Assembly (NCBI GenBank): GCA_043228905.1 | Contig: JBHGNT010001477.1 | Span: forward strand, 1 to 7,843 | Length of the DNA stretch: 7,843 nucleotides | Direction: 5' to 3' | DNA from: Azolla caroliniana | Lineage: Eukaryota > Plantae > Polypodiophyta | Shown here: positions 7,365 through 7,843 of the stretch, piece by piece | How the letters are laid out: every line of letters begins with the position of its first letter | How positions within the stretch are numbered: the first letter of the stretch is position 1 | Made by a program: the position numbers and the translations under genes | The notes under the pieces: model-generated | Seen by the model: only the letters and a program-made list of their open reading frames with translations | What the model was told of the DNA's origin: nothing | Database searches by the model: none

Positions 7365-7448
7365 GACCTTGCTACACGACGGCAACAGACAACAGAAGAA
7401 GCTGAGAGGAAAAGGCCAGGTTAGAAATCTTACTTTCATAAAAGGAAT

Positions 7449-7724
7449 ATGGCTCCAACATCCAGAACAGGAGTTGAAATCAGAAAGTTCGACGACAAAA
7501 ATTTTGCCCTATGGAAGGAGATGATGCAGGATGTGCTGATCATCCAAAGACAGGTTGAAGTCATTCGGCACAACGAAAAACTTGCTTTGATGACAACAGA
7601 AGAGTGGAGATCAGTGGACGAAATAGCACGATCCACCATCTGAATGCACCTAGCCAAAAAACGTCTACTTCAGCATGGCGAAAGAGACGACAACGTTCTC
7701 ATTGTGGGAGAAGCAGCAAGCCGT
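7449..7724 (+). pseudogene. gag: Copia gag N-terminus of element C (Tnt1-like)
   Basis: EIRKFDDKNFALWKEMMQDVLI...EEWRSVDEIARSTI*MHLA, +1 frameshift in an A run, then NVYFSMAKETTTFSLWEKQQAV. Matches the Tnt1-type pattern KFxGxNFxxW...WxxLDxxAxSxIRLxL...LWxKL. Confidence 0.88.
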
Positions 7725-7843
7725 TGTCGTGCCTTTCGGCTCCAGATTTCGATCTATCGGTTTCGGTTTCGGTTGGCTTTCTTTTCCTCGTTTTCACCAG
7801 CCTTGACCGGTCCAACCTCCGGTTGAGTCGGATTAGCTTCTTT
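7725..7843. mobile_element. Probable terminus of a further inserted element (LTR-like TG start), family unknown
   Basis: Gag similarity ends abruptly at GCCGT|TGTCGTGCC. The sequence becomes GC/CpG-rich with TTTCGG motifs. Only 119 bp are visible. Confidence 0.5.

Larger units (their letters stand above)
7057..7724 (+). mobile_element. Ty1/copia element C (Tnt1/Tork-like gag), 5' portion, nested in element B gag
   Basis: TGTTG (7057) to CAACA (7350), PBS with one mismatch, short leader, then gag N-terminus. Element B gag similarity stops at this boundary. Confidence 0.85.

Noticed and set aside
483-7657. Minus-strand ORFs in the track as antisense genes
   Set aside because: All are short (at most 105 aa) shadows of plus-strand TE sequence with no recognisable motifs.
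393-7769. AAACCGAAACCGA (393-405) and its reverse complement (7757-7769) as TIRs of one large element
   Set aside because: Low-complexity 13-mer. Neither copy is terminal to the intervening DNA, and no TSD is visible.

Overview
Eukaryotic (land-plant-like, possibly moss or fern; host is an inference) repeat-rich window made almost entirely of decayed, nested transposable elements, with no intact host gene. From left to right: (1) the right end of an AT-rich non-autonomous DNA element (1-~422). (2) A degenerate non-LTR (LINE) ORF2 fragment on + (~422-1242), which resumes in frame at 5197-~5637. (3) A complete 3,949-bp Ty1/copia element inserted into that LINE (1243-5191). It has two 461-bp LTRs, an imperfect 5-bp TSD, a tRNA-iMet PBS, a PPT and pseudogenised gag-protease-integrase, but reverse transcriptase/RNase H are missing. 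(4) The 5' LTR, PBS and gag of a second copia family (5656-7056), with a 27-bp tandem array in its LTR. (5) A third copia family (Tnt1-like gag) inserted into that gag (7057-7724). (6) A probable further element starting at TG 7725 inside the third gag. The most notable observations are the RT-less but cis-complete copia element and a 267-bp perfectly identical core between LTRs that differ only at their ends.
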